The position numbers were made by a program, and so were the translations under genes. The notes under the pieces were generated by a model. That model did no database searches and had not been told where the DNA came from. It saw only the letters and a list, made by a program, of their open reading frames with translations. From Camelus ferus (lineage: Eukaryota), in the NCBI RefSeq assembly GCF_009834535.1, contig NC_045707.1, positions 61,010,001-61,074,000 on the forward strand: a DNA stretch of 64,000 bases, in the 5' to 3' direction. The number at the start of each line of letters is the position of its first letter. Positions within the stretch are counted from its first letter, which is position 1. Positions 1 to 12,684 of the stretch are shown here, piece after piece.

Positions 1-106
1 CTGTGTGGCTCCCTCAGCAGCTTGTGGACCCTGGTTTGTATTTGCTTTCTCTACTACGGTAGGCAATAATCCCTTTTCTCTAATTCTGTACAAATGGTGA
101 GTGGAG

Positions 107-305
107 ATCAGAGCTGAAAATAGAATTTTAGGAGTTTAGACAAGGTCTCATTTAACCTTTCTCTTTTTACAGAGAGAAAAATAAAGCTAGAGGGGCCAGT
201 GGCCTTCCCCAGGGTCATATAGCCAACGAAAGTCAAATACAGGATTAGAAGCTGAATGCCAGCTCCCTTGGTTCTTAATGAATGCTGTTTCCACTGTAAC
301 ACCAC
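107..305 (-). mobile_element. MIR3/MIRc-like SINE fragment
   Basis: ttttacagagagaaaaataaagctagagggg...cccagggtcatatagc resembles the reverse-complement MIR core; degenerate. Confidence 0.6.
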
Positions 306-2224
306 TTTAAGGAAAGTTATGTAAATTCAAGATGTTGTCATTCTTGCAAATAATCACTTGAAATATTCAGACATCACATCTCCCCAGCCCAATATAAATT
401 TTTACTTAAATTATATAAACCATCTTACGGGGTTTATAGATATTGAAAATAAATTATTTAACTCTACTGTTTTAAAGAGTGAATTGTGACTTAGACCTTC
501 CAAATATAATTTGTGTGGGTTAACAGAAATCTTAAGCAAGAAGAAAATTCATGAAAGAAAACAGATATATATTTCAAAATGGACATATTTAGAATACAGT
601 TGTTAGACTATATTCTTTTTCAAAAATGTATTGAAAATTATTTATTTAGAAACTGGGTTAAAAAACTGTTTGGAATTTATTTTATCACCTGGCTCCTAAA
701 ATATTCATGGAATGTTTCCCGTGTTACTAGTCAGGGCTCTCCCCCTCCACCCTCCCCAACTCTTGAAATTATCTCTGGAGCTGAAAAATGTTGAAATGAT
801 TTGACTGTTTAAACAGTTACTTGAGGGAATAGCTGACTGACTTTTCTAGCCTCTCTGAGTAAGTGTCAGGAGAGATACTCCCTGAAAAAGGTTTTGTAGT
901 GGGTAGTAGATCCATAAGCATCCACGAAATGCTAATAGGTGGGGAGGTTTGCTGTGTCGCTGCCCTGCCAAGGAATTAGGTGAATTTAATTCACAAAGCC
1001 CAAAATTCAATCACAAATAACAGTTTATGACCTCCCTAGGACTCAAAATACCCCAAACTAGACAACCTGGAGCAGAGTTCAGCATTCGTAACTTTTAATG
1101 AGATGACAGGGAGGAAAAAAGGAGAAGGATCCCTAATAAGTGTACGTACCCCAGCATCCTAGAAGCAGGTTTTTAATTCAAAATTAGGTATGCGCCCCAG
1201 GTGACGCCATTATTTCCTCTTACATAAAATGACCTTTGACAGGGCTTCATTCATAGCACTTGGCTTCCTCCCGGAGTCACAGCATTTGTCACAAGGCAGC
1301 GGGTTGCCTGCTTGTTCTTATGGGAGTGATGACTGGGAGGGCTTGATAGGGGGTGATGCTGACAGCCTCTCTCGGCTGCAGATTGTCAGCATTCCTGACC
1401 CGGGCGCTCCAAGAGCCTGGGAAAACACTTTGATTTCAATGTGGCTTTTAACAAACAATATCCAGTTGAGCCAAATGACTGTGTAAAATAGGTCCACAGA
1501 GCAGCTTTTGTGGGATTAGCTGGTTCTCCGTGCCCCTAGACAAATTCATGATAATGTGCGTGTCATAATCAGGGTACCCACTTATTGGTATGCATTTAAT
1601 TTGACAAGTAAAATCAAAATCCTTACTTCAAACTTATTGCACAGAAATGGACATATAGAACAAAGGTGAGAGACCGAGAGTGTCTGTGAATTCGAAACAT
1701 GGATAGAAGCAGGTATGAATTGGAAGGGTGTGAATTGTAAGGGTGAACGAGAGGCTTCTACCCTCCCGATGGGCAAAGCAAAGGGTGGTCCAGGCAGGCC
1801 TGGGAAGGGAAGAGATCTTGCAAGAAAATGGATGGGAAAGGAAGGTATTTTTTCCAAAGATTCCTTTAATTCATGCTTTCCCCAAATATCAATGAAAGTT
1901 TCCCTTTTTCTCAGCGTGTAAAATTCCTAAGGAACTTTAAGGCTTTAGTTGGTTTCTAACAAGTAATTAAGAACACCACTTTTTTTTTTAAATGGAAATT
2001 ATTTTAGAGGAAAAGGGGAGGGAAGAATTAAGCTTTCTTCTCTCTTTTAAAGGCTTTGTTTCTCCCCTAAATGAGTCTCTGGAAAAGGAAATGAACACAG
2101 AATAAAGTGGAACTTCTGTGAGTTTTCTATAGGCTCAGATCTCTTAGGAAATACTTTCTGTAATTTGACTTGAGTTTGAAAAGTTAACATTCATCAGACT
2201 ATTTCTCCCTAGATCCTAACCCTA

Positions 2225-2355
2225 AAATGAGGAGTGTAAGACACGGAGGCAATCATCCCTCTCCCACAGGGCTGACATTAGCAGTTAATTCAAGGTACAT
2301 AAAGTGCTTAGACCAGTGCCAAGTTCATAGCAAGTGCTCCACAAAGGACAGTTAC
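2225..2355 (+). mobile_element. MIR SINE, 3' part
   Basis: cataaagtgcttagaccagtgccaagttcatagcaagtgctc matches the MIR 3' tail. Confidence 0.65.
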
Positions 2356-2859
2356 ACTAACAACAATGGAACAGCTAGAGGCGTGTAATGGGACACAGAA
2401 GACAGTTTTCCAGTCTGGACGCCAGACTTTCCACATTTTTTTTTTTTTGCACTTTTTTTTTCTGTAAAAATGATAATGTTGTATTCATAACACACCATAA
2501 CAAAACTGATTGCTAATTCAGATATAAATGAAACAACACAGACTTTAAAATATGAATTAGGAAACACATCCATGTAAAAATTGGAACTATTGCCTCAGGT
2601 TTTATCAATTATTGATAAGCCTGATTCCACTCAGCAGATTTAATGAAAAAATAAATTTAAAACTATCTTTTCTGTAAGTATAAGATGGCTTTTAAAACTT
2701 ATGTGCAGGGCACAGTGGCAGGCCTGCAGGGGTACAATAAGTGTAAAATGTGATTTGCTTTCCAAGAACTTACATCTGAAGTGTGGGGAAGATAAGATAT
2801 AATCCTGTTGGGGGGGGGCCGTACTAATCATAGTACCTCACAGGGTATTAGTAATAGTA

Positions 2860-3590
2860 GTAGCAGCAACTAACATTTATCTAGTACTTACGAACTGCCA
2901 GGTCCTACACCACATGTTTTATATGGCTTATTTTATTTACTTATTATAAAGATCAGCATTAGATTTGACTGTATATAACAGGTAATTCCAAAAAAGTGTA
3001 GTAAGATAAAGATTTATTTCTCTTTTATGTAAAAGAAGTCAGAGACAGGTGGCCTGGAGACAGTATGGTGACCTTTGGGTCATTTTTGACTTAGGCTATT
3101 TTATCTTTCTCTTCCTCCACCCTTGATACAGGACTTACTTACATCCTCATGATCCAAGATGGCTGCTGGAGTTCCAGACACCTTCTCTGAGATCTAAACA
3201 GGAAGAAAGAGGAATTAGGAATAGAGCAACAGGAAACACCTTCCAGATAAGTAATTCTTTTTAGACAAATTTTGCAACCATATGATGACTTCCACTTACA
3301 GCTTATTTTCTATCCAAAGTTGCAAGGAAGGCCAGAAATGTATTATTCCTTCAACTGGGCACATTGCCATTCCACATAAAATCAAAGTTCTGTTAGCAAA
3401 GAAGAAGAGGAAAATGATTATTGGGAAGGAAACTAGCAGTCTCTGCCATGGTTCTTACCACCCTCTGGTTAGTAGATGAGAAATTGAGGATTAAGAGTTG
3501 AAGAAATTTGCCTGCTAAAGATGGGTCCAGGATTGTCATCCAGGCATCTCACTCCGCTGACTTTGTGTTTGACCCGTATGCAAACTGTGC
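2860..3590 (-). mobile_element. MIR SINE split by an MLT1 LTR (MIR parts about 2860-2950 and 3450-3590)
   Basis: taacatttatctagtacttacgaactgccagg (reverse-complement tail) resumes after the LTR as agatgagaaattgaggattaagagttgaagaaatttgcc (reverse-complement core). Confidence 0.6.
2951..3449 (-). mobile_element. MLT1J/K-like ERVL-MaLR solo LTR
   Basis: Typical motifs ccaagatggctgctggagttcc, gcaaggaaggccagaaatgt, gttctgttagcaaagaagaagagg and terminal aactagcagtctctgcca. Confidence 0.8.
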
Positions 3591-4110
3591 CCACGTGTTG
3601 GCGTGGAAATATAAGACAGACCTCTCACAGAGATGGGGAGATGCTTAGAAACATTAGCTTAGAGTCTTTTACGTATTTTCATGATTCTTCCTGAGGTCTT
3701 ACATTTTCCTTTCAGATACGGTACTGCTGTAATGATGTTCAATTGGCTCTATTTTTTTAAATTGATTCCTTTTACACTTGAACAATTTAAATAGAACACC
3801 ACTGATTTATATAGCAGAAATATGTAGCTGCTTTCCATGCCTTCATGTCACAGTCATACTGACATAGGAGAGAAGAAAGATCTAAGGTTCTCAGAGGAAT
3901 CTGGAGCACGAAAGCCAGAGTCTCCCTCGGTGGTGCTTGGTGATATTACAGCACCTCATGTCCATCCCCATTCATAGGCTCCATGACAAGATCCAGATCA
4001 GGGAAACAGGAGAAGAAATGGATGCTTTTCATTCATGCTCAACAGGAGGAGCACCTTAGTGTTTATTCTACCCTGAGAACTTCTTATTCTTTATGGAGTT
4101 CCTTCAAGGG

Positions 4111-4222
4111 ACAGCAAAGAGTAGTAGACAGAATCCTGGATTCTAGACTTGGCTTTGTTGCTACGGAGCTGTGAGAGCCTAAGAGATGACTTTGCCTCTC
4201 TGTACTTTAGTTTTCTCATCTT
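4111..4222 (+). mobile_element. MIR SINE fragment
   Basis: gctgtgagagcc...ctctctgtactttagttttctcatct matches the MIR core. Confidence 0.55.
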
Positions 4223-4310
4223 AATTTTTTTTAAATATGTCTTCAGTTGCTCCTTTTCAACTACAATATTTTACAATTATTAGTTATCTCTAACCTCCAT
4301 TGCCTTCTTT

Positions 4311-4510
4311 GGAAAGAGTATAGACGTTGAATTTGGAGGATGTGGATTCGACTCTTAGCTCGGCCCCTCATAAGCTGTGTGACTTTGCACAAGTCACCTA
4401 ACGTTTTTGAGCTTCAACTTCCTCACCTGTAAAATGGAGAATAATGAAATCTATCCCACTGAGCTATGGTGACGATTGAAATAAATAATATTCATCGAAG
4501 TACTTTGCAG
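4311..4510 (+). mobile_element. MIR (MIRb/c-like) SINE
   Basis: agctgtgtgactttgcacaagtcacctaac...ttcctcacctgtaaaatggagaataat. Confidence 0.85.
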
Positions 4511-5344
4511 AGGAGCAGATGATTGGTAAACATGATCAATAAATATATCGTTAACCTATCCTAGCTCTTTCTTTTAAGTACTTAATGCTTAATATCTACT
4601 TAAAACCAAAACAAGGGAGAGGGAGAGAGATGTAGAGTTTTTATGTCCTCTCTGCATTGGGAGAGATGAGGAAGGAAGACGTTTATAGTTTATACCCACA
4701 GATCAAAAAGCACTCTCTTCAGTTCATCTAGTGAGTTTAGATACATCTCTGAAGACCTCTTTCCCTGCCACTCAGTTTGTGTCTATTCAGGCAAAACATC
4801 CAGGAAGAGCTTGTCTCCAGTTCTGCTAAAGGGCACCCCCACCTCATGACCTCTTCATTTCAATCCACTGGAGACACAGACAGCAAAACTCTCCATCAAC
4901 TTGCAAAGCCATTTGTTTTTATTTCTGTGCTTTACTGGCCTCCTTTAGGAAGAAGAAGAAAACTACAACAAAGCTTGCTGCTTCGTAGGGTTTTGTCTTT
5001 GTTTTTGTTGTCTTGACAGCCCAATATGCCTTCAGCTCAACCTCCTCTGACTCCATCCATGGAAAACCCAACGGTACAATGAGATCTACTGATCAGAGTG
5101 ATGACAGATGCTAAATGATCCAACCGCCCGATTACTCGCTCAGGTTGTAATGTATTCTCACCTGATCTAGAATTCTTTTCCACATCGTGGCCTGGAATGA
5201 AAATGGGTGCTTCCGTAAGACTTGATTTAGGCAGAAAATGTAGTTAAGCTGAATCCTCTGTTAACCTTGAACACGCTAATGAGCTGTGTTTTTCTTCAAT
5301 AATGTCACCAGGGAGAATAACGATTGAGGAAATAATCCAAATGG

Positions 5345-5485
5345 AAGAATAATAGTTACTAATTTCTGAGCATTTACTTTATGGCAGGTCCTCTATCAAA
5401 ACAGTGCTGTGAGGTAGGTATTGTTATCGCCCTTTTACTGATAAGGGAACAGAAGCTGACAGAAGTTCAGTAAGTCTGCAAGATC
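5345..5485 (-). mobile_element. MIR SINE fragment
   Basis: ctgtgaggtaggtattgttatcgcccttttactgataagggaac matches the reverse-complement core. Confidence 0.7.
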
Positions 5486-8400
5486 AGAAGACAGTTATGC
5501 AGACCTGGGAGACTCTGGAGGCTGACCTACAGCCCAGCAGGGTTGGGAAATGGGGGGATCCCAGCACCACTGGGCTCACGTTTCTCTGGGGGGAACACGG
5601 CCTGGCAGAGGGCAGCCGCATGGCCAGTGTGACTTCGCAGAGAACAGTGCCTTGTCATTGGCCATCCCGTGGTCTGCAGAGTCCCTCCCCAGACCACCCT
5701 GCAAAGCAGTCTGTGTGCTCTGAAGACCTCGTTTTATTTATGGAGTGATGGGGTTATGGACCAAGGGGAAAACACATAAAGACTAGTTTCATTTAGCGTT
5801 TATTCAAGAGAAACACATGCCTTTATAAGGAATGGAATGGAAGCCTTGTCTTCCAACTGCCACGACATGTGTCCCTTCCTGGGGAATTAATGAGAACATC
5901 TTGTCATCCCAGAGACCGCCCACCTTGCCAAGGCTCAACCGTGGGCCTTTTCCGAAGAAAACACATGAGTCACAGTGAATGGGAAGGCTGAGCGGGGGCC
6001 TGTCCAGCCAGTAGGGTGAGGCACCTGCACGGGACCCAAGCAGAAAGGAGCTGAAATCGAAGCAGGGGGATGGGGACTCAGGAGCTGGTCCACTCAGCAC
6101 TCAGCCTTCACCCAGTTCTCACCACCCCTTATTAGCTTTTTTTGGGTAACTTATCAAACCCCACTCTGGTCCTCTAACTTCTCCCCTTAAAAATAAATGA
6201 ACATTTTGAGGGTCTTTGTGGCATCACAGAGGTGACACTGTCCTGACACTCGCCTGCAGCGCCTCCTACCCTGGCTCTCATCTGGCAGCAGCCCACTGGA
6301 GTGTGGGTGCTCTGGCTGCAGTGATGTCACTATGAGACCCCCCACGTGGTTTCCTCCAGCTCCTTCATCATTCCTGGCCCATGACTGGGTTCAGGCCTAA
6401 TCCTCAGGGCCCGAGGAAGTGAAGGCAGTGCTGCCCCCTCACCCCGGGCAGGAGGGTCTCATCGCAGCTTTGTGTCTCATTTGTCTTTAGAGACTCTGTG
6501 GAGCCCTGGAATGGAGCTGCCCCTCCGTCTGTGGGCTGGAGGCATAGGAAAGACTTTGGAATCCAGGTTGCTCCTAAAATGCGAGAAGCCCCTCCTTCCC
6601 ATAGGGACCTTCTGTCTCCCACTGGGAAGAGGCTGGGGATGAGGAAGGCATTTTCCTGGGAGGATGAATTTTCTTAGTAATGTGGAAGTTACAGAAAGGT
6701 CAGAGATGTGAAAAGCAAGATAGGCTTTGCCAGGAAGCAGAAAGGGGAGAGCTTTTTGAGTGCAGATGCAAACGCAGCTCTCACAAAGAGAAGATTAAGG
6801 ACGAATAGCCTAGCAGGGTTGTGGGGAGATGTTCACATTTGTGCCTGGTTCTACCTGTGCCTTCCTGAGTAGGGGATGTTGTCGCCCAGCAGCGAGCATC
6901 TGTCCCAGTGCTTTTTCTGTGCTCCTCGCTCCACCCCAATGTTGGTCTACCTGCAACCTCATCTCTCCAGGGCCCTCACCCTTGACGTCTGGACCGTCTG
7001 CCTACTGTGTGGATGAGGACCTTTGTCTCTGACTCCTGCTCACCGTCTGTGCCCGTCAACTCTAAGCGCATGTCTGACTACTTGACATGAGGGTGCTCAC
7101 GGCACTTTCCAGAAGGAGGCTTCTCTCATAGAATGCCTGGGGCTTGAGAGGGTCAGGATTCCGGGAACAGAGCAGCTCCAGTTTCCTGGGTAGCGAGCAT
7201 GGATAGACAGAGTGTGTCATAGCCCAGTACCAGCAAAGGAAAGAAGCGGGGGATGGAAATGAGGTTCCGTGGAGAATCTGAGTCACAAATGGCTGAGAAA
7301 AGACTGGGGCCTGATGGGAAACTGCAGGGGAGAGTCAGCACAGGTGGCAGGAAAGGCAAAGGAGCTGCTCTAGTCCTCATTCATGCCATGATATTGTTCA
7401 GAATTCCGAATATCCCCAGATCCCCCCACCACAGAGGGAACTTTGGCTTGGGCAATGGTGGCATTTGGTTTGACCCCCACCCACCCAATCACTTACCTCT
7501 GCCTCCTCGCCTCCTTTCCTAGAAGTTCTGGACGGCTCATTGGATGCTTGGTATTGACCCTTCAGTCAAAGCTATTATCAGCACGTCTGCTGCCATGTCC
7601 TCTGTCACCTCCATACTGGTTTGTCCCTGTAGTGGCCACCAGGGCCTTTTGAGATCCCTGGAGTTGAGTCATCCATTGAGGGACTTAGAAAGGCTCCCCT
7701 GGGCCAGGAGAGACGGCGTTTGACAGAGGTGTGATATTGAGGTGTCCGTCAGTAGAGGTCCCCACACAGGACCTGCCCTGAGCCGCCTTCCCCCCTGACA
7801 ATCAGTCCATCTTTCTTTCCTTCTCCTCTGCTCTCCCCAGAAATTGGGGCAGCATTGGCTTCCCCTCTTTGCTCAGGAGGGTTAATCCCAGTCTCCCAGA
7901 TGTCTGACTATCAAGATCAAAGTCCCTTTGCTGCTTCTGCGAGGCTTCGGGGCTTTTTACACAGAGGAATCCCAGTAGCCTGTCCCGTTTCTCAGAATCT
8001 CCAAAATAAGCACACAGATTAATACCTTAAAGTGACATACGATTTTAAAAGTAGCAAAATATTTCTTTATGAGCGATGTGTAGAGACTAGGCCAGACTCG
8101 TGTTTTTCAGCAAAAACATTTTGTCGAGGTCTGCGCAGGCCCTGAGCTATTTTTGAGGCTGAGTGCTGGGAACCCTTTTGAGCAACACAAGGCAGAGTCC
8201 CTCTGGGCACATTGGACCACCCCCAGAGTTACAAAGTGGATTGCAGAGGCATTCCAAAGAGAGGCTGGGAAAAACCTGACAGGAAGTATTCCCAGAACAC
8301 TCTCCTCCCAAAGTCCCTGTTGGCTAATGATTAGGGCACAACTGTAAACAAAGCAGAAGAGCGCCAAAGAATAGCAGTCTACAGACAGCGCCCAGAAACG

Positions 8401-8739
8401 TGCCCTCCTGGCTTCTGTCAATTTGAAGCACCCCTCATGCCGGGGCATTCCGACTTTAACCAAGCAAATGTCTCTGTTCTGCTGCCCAGGTCCATGTCTG
8501 AACCCCACCTCCAGCCTCCAAAACACCCCTCCCTCCTGTGTTCCATCTCTCGGCCAGATTTCCCTGAGGTTGGAAGGAAGAGGAAGGAAGAGAGGGGATG
8601 GGGCCTAGATGGCCGGGTTACTGGATCCCTTCTGATGTCCACCCATGGCGGACTTCTGCTGGTCACGATCTTGACGCAACCTTGCTGATTTCCCAGCAAA
8701 TCCTGCTCAGCGCAGTCTGGCCCCACAGAGCAAGGCATG

Positions 8740-8950
8740 CGTGGGCTTTGGAATCAGACAATCCCAGAGCCCAAACTCAAATCTACCCACTCGGTAGACT
8801 TGATCCTTTACTGAAACTGTTTTCTCATCTGTAAAATGGGAATGAGGATTCCTGATTCATGGATAGGCCTTATTTTGAAACTATAAATGTACAGAAACAA
8901 ATACATTTTAGTGCCTGGCACATAGGAGATAGATAATACCATTATTACTG
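8740..8950 (+). mobile_element. MIR SINE
   Basis: gggctttggaatcagac...tttctcatctgtaaaatgggaat...agtgcctggcacatag. Confidence 0.8.
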
Positions 8951-9372
8951 CTGCTTCCAGGACTTCTGCAGGTTTCGTAAAGTCGTGATTAGTGAGTGCT
9001 TACTACACTGGGTATAGGGTTAAATACTGTGAATACATACATTTTGTGGTCACCACTTCTATCATAAAACTTTTTAAGAAATCCTGAAAATTTTTAATAC
9101 AGTGGAGTCTGCTCTGCTATTTATCAATTTAGTTAAATAAGAATATCAGCCAAGGAAGGGAGGTTTGACTAGACTGACATTTCTGTTTGCATTTGCTCAC
9201 CTGAAATTTACTCATTATATTTCACAAGCAATCTGTACTCGAGCCAGGAAACAATATCGTATTTCAGCAGGTGTTAATCTTGACTGTTGCTTAACTTCTA
9301 TATGGATATTAAGAGTTGGGACAGTTGGTTCTGTGGGCTAGATTAAAAACCTAGGGGTCAAGAGATAAACAA

Positions 9373-9580
9373 GGAGGAGGGTATAGCTCAGTGGTGGAGT
9401 GTGTGCTTAGCATGAACCACATCCTGGGTTCAACCCCCAATACTGCCATTAAAAAGTAATAATACTAAGTAAGTAAAGAAATAAATCTAATTACAGTCCC
9501 CCCCACCCGCCACAAAACACACACACACAAAAGGATAAAATACTGGGCTTAAAAAAGAAAGAAAAAGTTATATATAAAAA
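9373..9580 (+). mobile_element. Camelid vic-1-type tRNA-derived SINE
   Basis: Head gggtatagctcagtggtggag (A box) and cctgggttcaacccc (B box), A-rich tail, approximate TSD agagataaacaa (9361-9372) / aaaggtaaacaa (9581-9592). Confidence 0.9.
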
Positions 9581-10280
9581 AAAGGTAAACAAAACAGAAC
9601 AAACCATACTTTCATGTAAACTAGTCAAGTAATTGAAACCCAAGTATTAGGTGTCAGCTGTTTAAATTATTTTACTATCTTACATAATCTTTCTCGACTC
9701 TGCCTCTACACAGATGCCACTCTTTTATGGCACCTAATAAACCAAAATTTTTGGGCTCTTTGATAAACGAAAGAAACAGACTGTGTTCCAGACCATATCT
9801 GTAAGGAGTCTAAAATCATCTTTTGCTACATCGTGCGCCAAGACATTTCCTTGGGGGAATCAGTAGCTTTGATGATTGCCACACAGAGTGCCTCAACCAC
9901 TGAGAAGGGTGAGAGGGCCCAGCTGAATAAAACCTTTAAGTAGGGTGTCGCTAACCAGCATGGGGGCTGGTCTGTGCAGGGCAGACACCACAGCTCTCGT
10001 CCTGCTTTTCTTACCAGACACCAGCAGGGTGTCTGGTAAAGACACTGTGCTTCCCCTGCAATAGAAACATTTGTTTTTGTTTTTAAATCATTCAATCTGG
10101 CTCACAGGTTGAGGTGATCTTTTCTTGGGATACAGACAGAATTTAACGCATCTTTGACTTCTAGTCATTGGGTAGGGCCTACAAACAGTGGGGTGGGAAA
10201 AAATGAAGGAGATTTTTATTCCTATGGTAAGAGGCTTCATGTGTTTTCCCTCTTCTACTTCCCACGTAATTAGTTGTTGT

Positions 10281-10365
10281 TATCTGAACTTTAAAGATAA
10301 AGAAACAGAGAGGTCAAGGAACTTGCCTGAAGCACGCAGCGGCACAATCAGGATTCAAACCAGGT
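10281..10365 (-). mobile_element. MIR SINE fragment
   Basis: aaagataaagaaacagagaggtcaaggaacttgcctgaag...caggattcaaaccagg. Confidence 0.7.
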
Positions 10366-10429
10366 TTTTTCCCCAGTATTCACTCTGCTATCCCAGATGA
10401 TGGCATATTCAGAATAATTGGTTTATCAA

Positions 10430-10625
10430 TAGTAAAAACATTTACTTTGTTGTCAGATTTCATGGATTTTAGTCCCCGCTTCCCTGTTGTGTGACTGTGG
10501 GCAATTCAGTGCCTCTAAGATTCAGTTTCTCATCTATTAAAAAAGGATAACAATAATTAATAATACCTATGTCAAATGGTTGTTGGGAGGATTGAACAAG
10601 GAGGTGCACATAAAACCTTAGCAGC
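10430..10625 (+). mobile_element. MIR SINE
   Basis: tgtgtgactgtgggcaa...cagtttctcatctattaaaa...atacctatgtcaaatggttgttgggaggatt. Confidence 0.75.
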
Positions 10626-11146
10626 TAGTAATGGCTTAAAGCAAACCACCTGTGCTATCACTACTGTAATTTATGTGGGATGTCATTAGTTTCATTGTAA
10701 AGGTTACCACCATACTTCTGTTAATTACACTGTGGTTTTCCACAATATCTTGTTAGAGACTACGTTACCAGAAGTGAGGAGGAGAGAAGGCAGCATTTAG
10801 GATGCTAATTTAGGATGACAGAAGTAAGGACTAGCCAGGCTTTCTGTACTAACTGGAGGAAATTTAAATGCAGTAAAAACACAAAATCTATGCCTGAGAA
10901 TGTTGAGTGACAGGAGAGCTGGAGCTGACTTGAGGCTCAGGGAGATGCCGGAAAAAGCCCTCCTCTGTCCCAATCAGGGAGAGGTGAAGATGAGAGGATT
11001 CCTAATCTGGCTGCCTCTGAAAAAATTTAGTGACAAAAACTAGTGGCTCTTGTCACAGTTACCCCAAGCAGTGGTCTCCTGCAGCTATCCTGAGCCAATC
11101 TCGAGTCCTGAGGAAACTATGTGTGTGGGTGGTGATGGTGGTGGAG

Positions 11147-11150
<4 letters not shown>

Positions 11151-11181
<31 letters not shown>
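11151..11181. repeat. (TG)15 microsatellite
   Basis: Read directly. Confidence 0.97.
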
Positions 11182-11185
<4 letters not shown>

Positions 11186-11244
11186 GAGTACCTGAGGGTC
11201 AGAAAACAACTGTTGTGTGTTTCTAGTCCATCATCTCTCTCCCC

Positions 11245-11400
11245 TTTCATTAATTCATTTTTCACATATTCATTCAATGCATATTGAATAAATATTATTC
11301 AATATTTCATTGTTCTGTGTATTCAACAAACATTTATTGAATATTTCCTGTTTGCCAGGAACTTTGATAAGGTTTGTGATAAAAACTTGAGTGAATATAA
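11245..11400 (-). mobile_element. L2 LINE 3' end
   Basis: (ttca)-rich tail then attcaacaaacatttattgaatatttcctgtttgccagg. Confidence 0.75.
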
Positions 11401-12254
11401 ACTGAATGAACTCACTAGCAGATAAATGCCACTTGAAGGGTCTGATGGAGGCTTTTCAGATCACCAGCTCTCTACCTGTCTGAAGACGACCTGGAATTCA
11501 GTTTATCGCAAACCATGGATTTTGACCCCAACTTAGAAATAGATGATCCCTTTAGGAAATACAGATGTTGTTGAAGTAAAGGGTTGAAATGCACTCAGGT
11601 TCCTGTGTACTCAATCAGGGTGACTGAAATGTAAATACAGTACCTGGGGCAGGGATACAGGTGGAGAGTGATGACGGCCGGAGGGGAGGGGAGGGGAGGG
11701 CAGCTGCAGGAACTGAAAGGAGGCTGGAGTGGAGGACAAAGCTCCCGGGGCCCTGTACTGACTGTTCACCCTTGGAAGGGTGGCTGCTGGGGAATGTTTT
11801 TTATCCTGCTTGGTTGCAATGTCCTTTTGCGGTGCTGACATAGATTTCCTTTCAAATTAAAACAAGTGCAATTTACTATAAAGTAGCTTCTAAAGGATTT
11901 GTTAATCAACCCATCATTCTATTAATCCTTTGCCTGAGGAGTCCCCCCTCCTCCCCCCACCCCTCCTCTCAGCCTTAGTCACAGCCATTCTTAGACAAGA
12001 AAGCTAAGAGAACCCTCGGCTCCCCTCAGGAAATGTAACACGTATGGGATTTGCACCCTTCGGAGAAATTCAAGCTTGTTATTTATTTTACTGAAAAGCA
12101 GTACTGAGCCTAATGAAAGACTGAGCGGTAGATTAACCCACTGAATAATTAGGTCTGACAATAAAATGTAAATAAAGTCTTCCCTCCAGCCTCTTCAGTC
12201 CCCAAGAAGATGCCAAGCTGTTTTCTGAGTTCTAGACTCTGGGGGAGAGTGGCG

Positions 12255-12684
12255 GGGTGAAAGGACATGGGCTCCAGCAGTTCCTGGGTGCCAAGCACAG
12301 CATCTCCAACTGTCTGGCAGTGTGTCCTCGAATGTACTTTGGTTTCCTCAGTCTCAGTTTTCTCATCTGCGAAGTGGGATGATAATACTTACCTTAGAGG
12401 GTTAGTTGTCAGAAGAACCAAATGAGATCTCATATACATCTGTCTGATCTTGGGCGATTTATTTAAGTACTGTATGCCTCAGCTTATCCATCTGTGGAAA
12501 GTGGATAATGTGGATAGTAGTGGTGTCCAAGAGAGTTCAGAGAATTAAAACTAATTAATGTACATAATATGCATAAAGTGCTTAGAACAGTTAATGGCAC
12601 AGATTAAACATTATATGTTGTTATCATCATCATTGTTATCATACAAAGCATTCACTAGGTACTCAATAAATGGTAGTTCTTATT
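12255..12684 (+). mobile_element. Two nested MIR SINEs (host about 12255-12437 plus 12637-12684; insert about 12440-12636)
   Basis: Two successive MIR cores (ctcagttttctcatctg; cctcagcttatccatctg) followed by two MIR tails (aaagtgcttagaacag; taggtactcaataaatggtag). Confidence 0.7.

Noticed and set aside
8107..8834. Cluster of overlapping ORFs on both strands
   Set aside because: No recognisable homology; locally higher GC explains the longer open frames
9373..9450. tRNA-like sequence with A and B boxes
   Set aside because: Head of a SINE with A-rich tail and TSD; no intact cloverleaf
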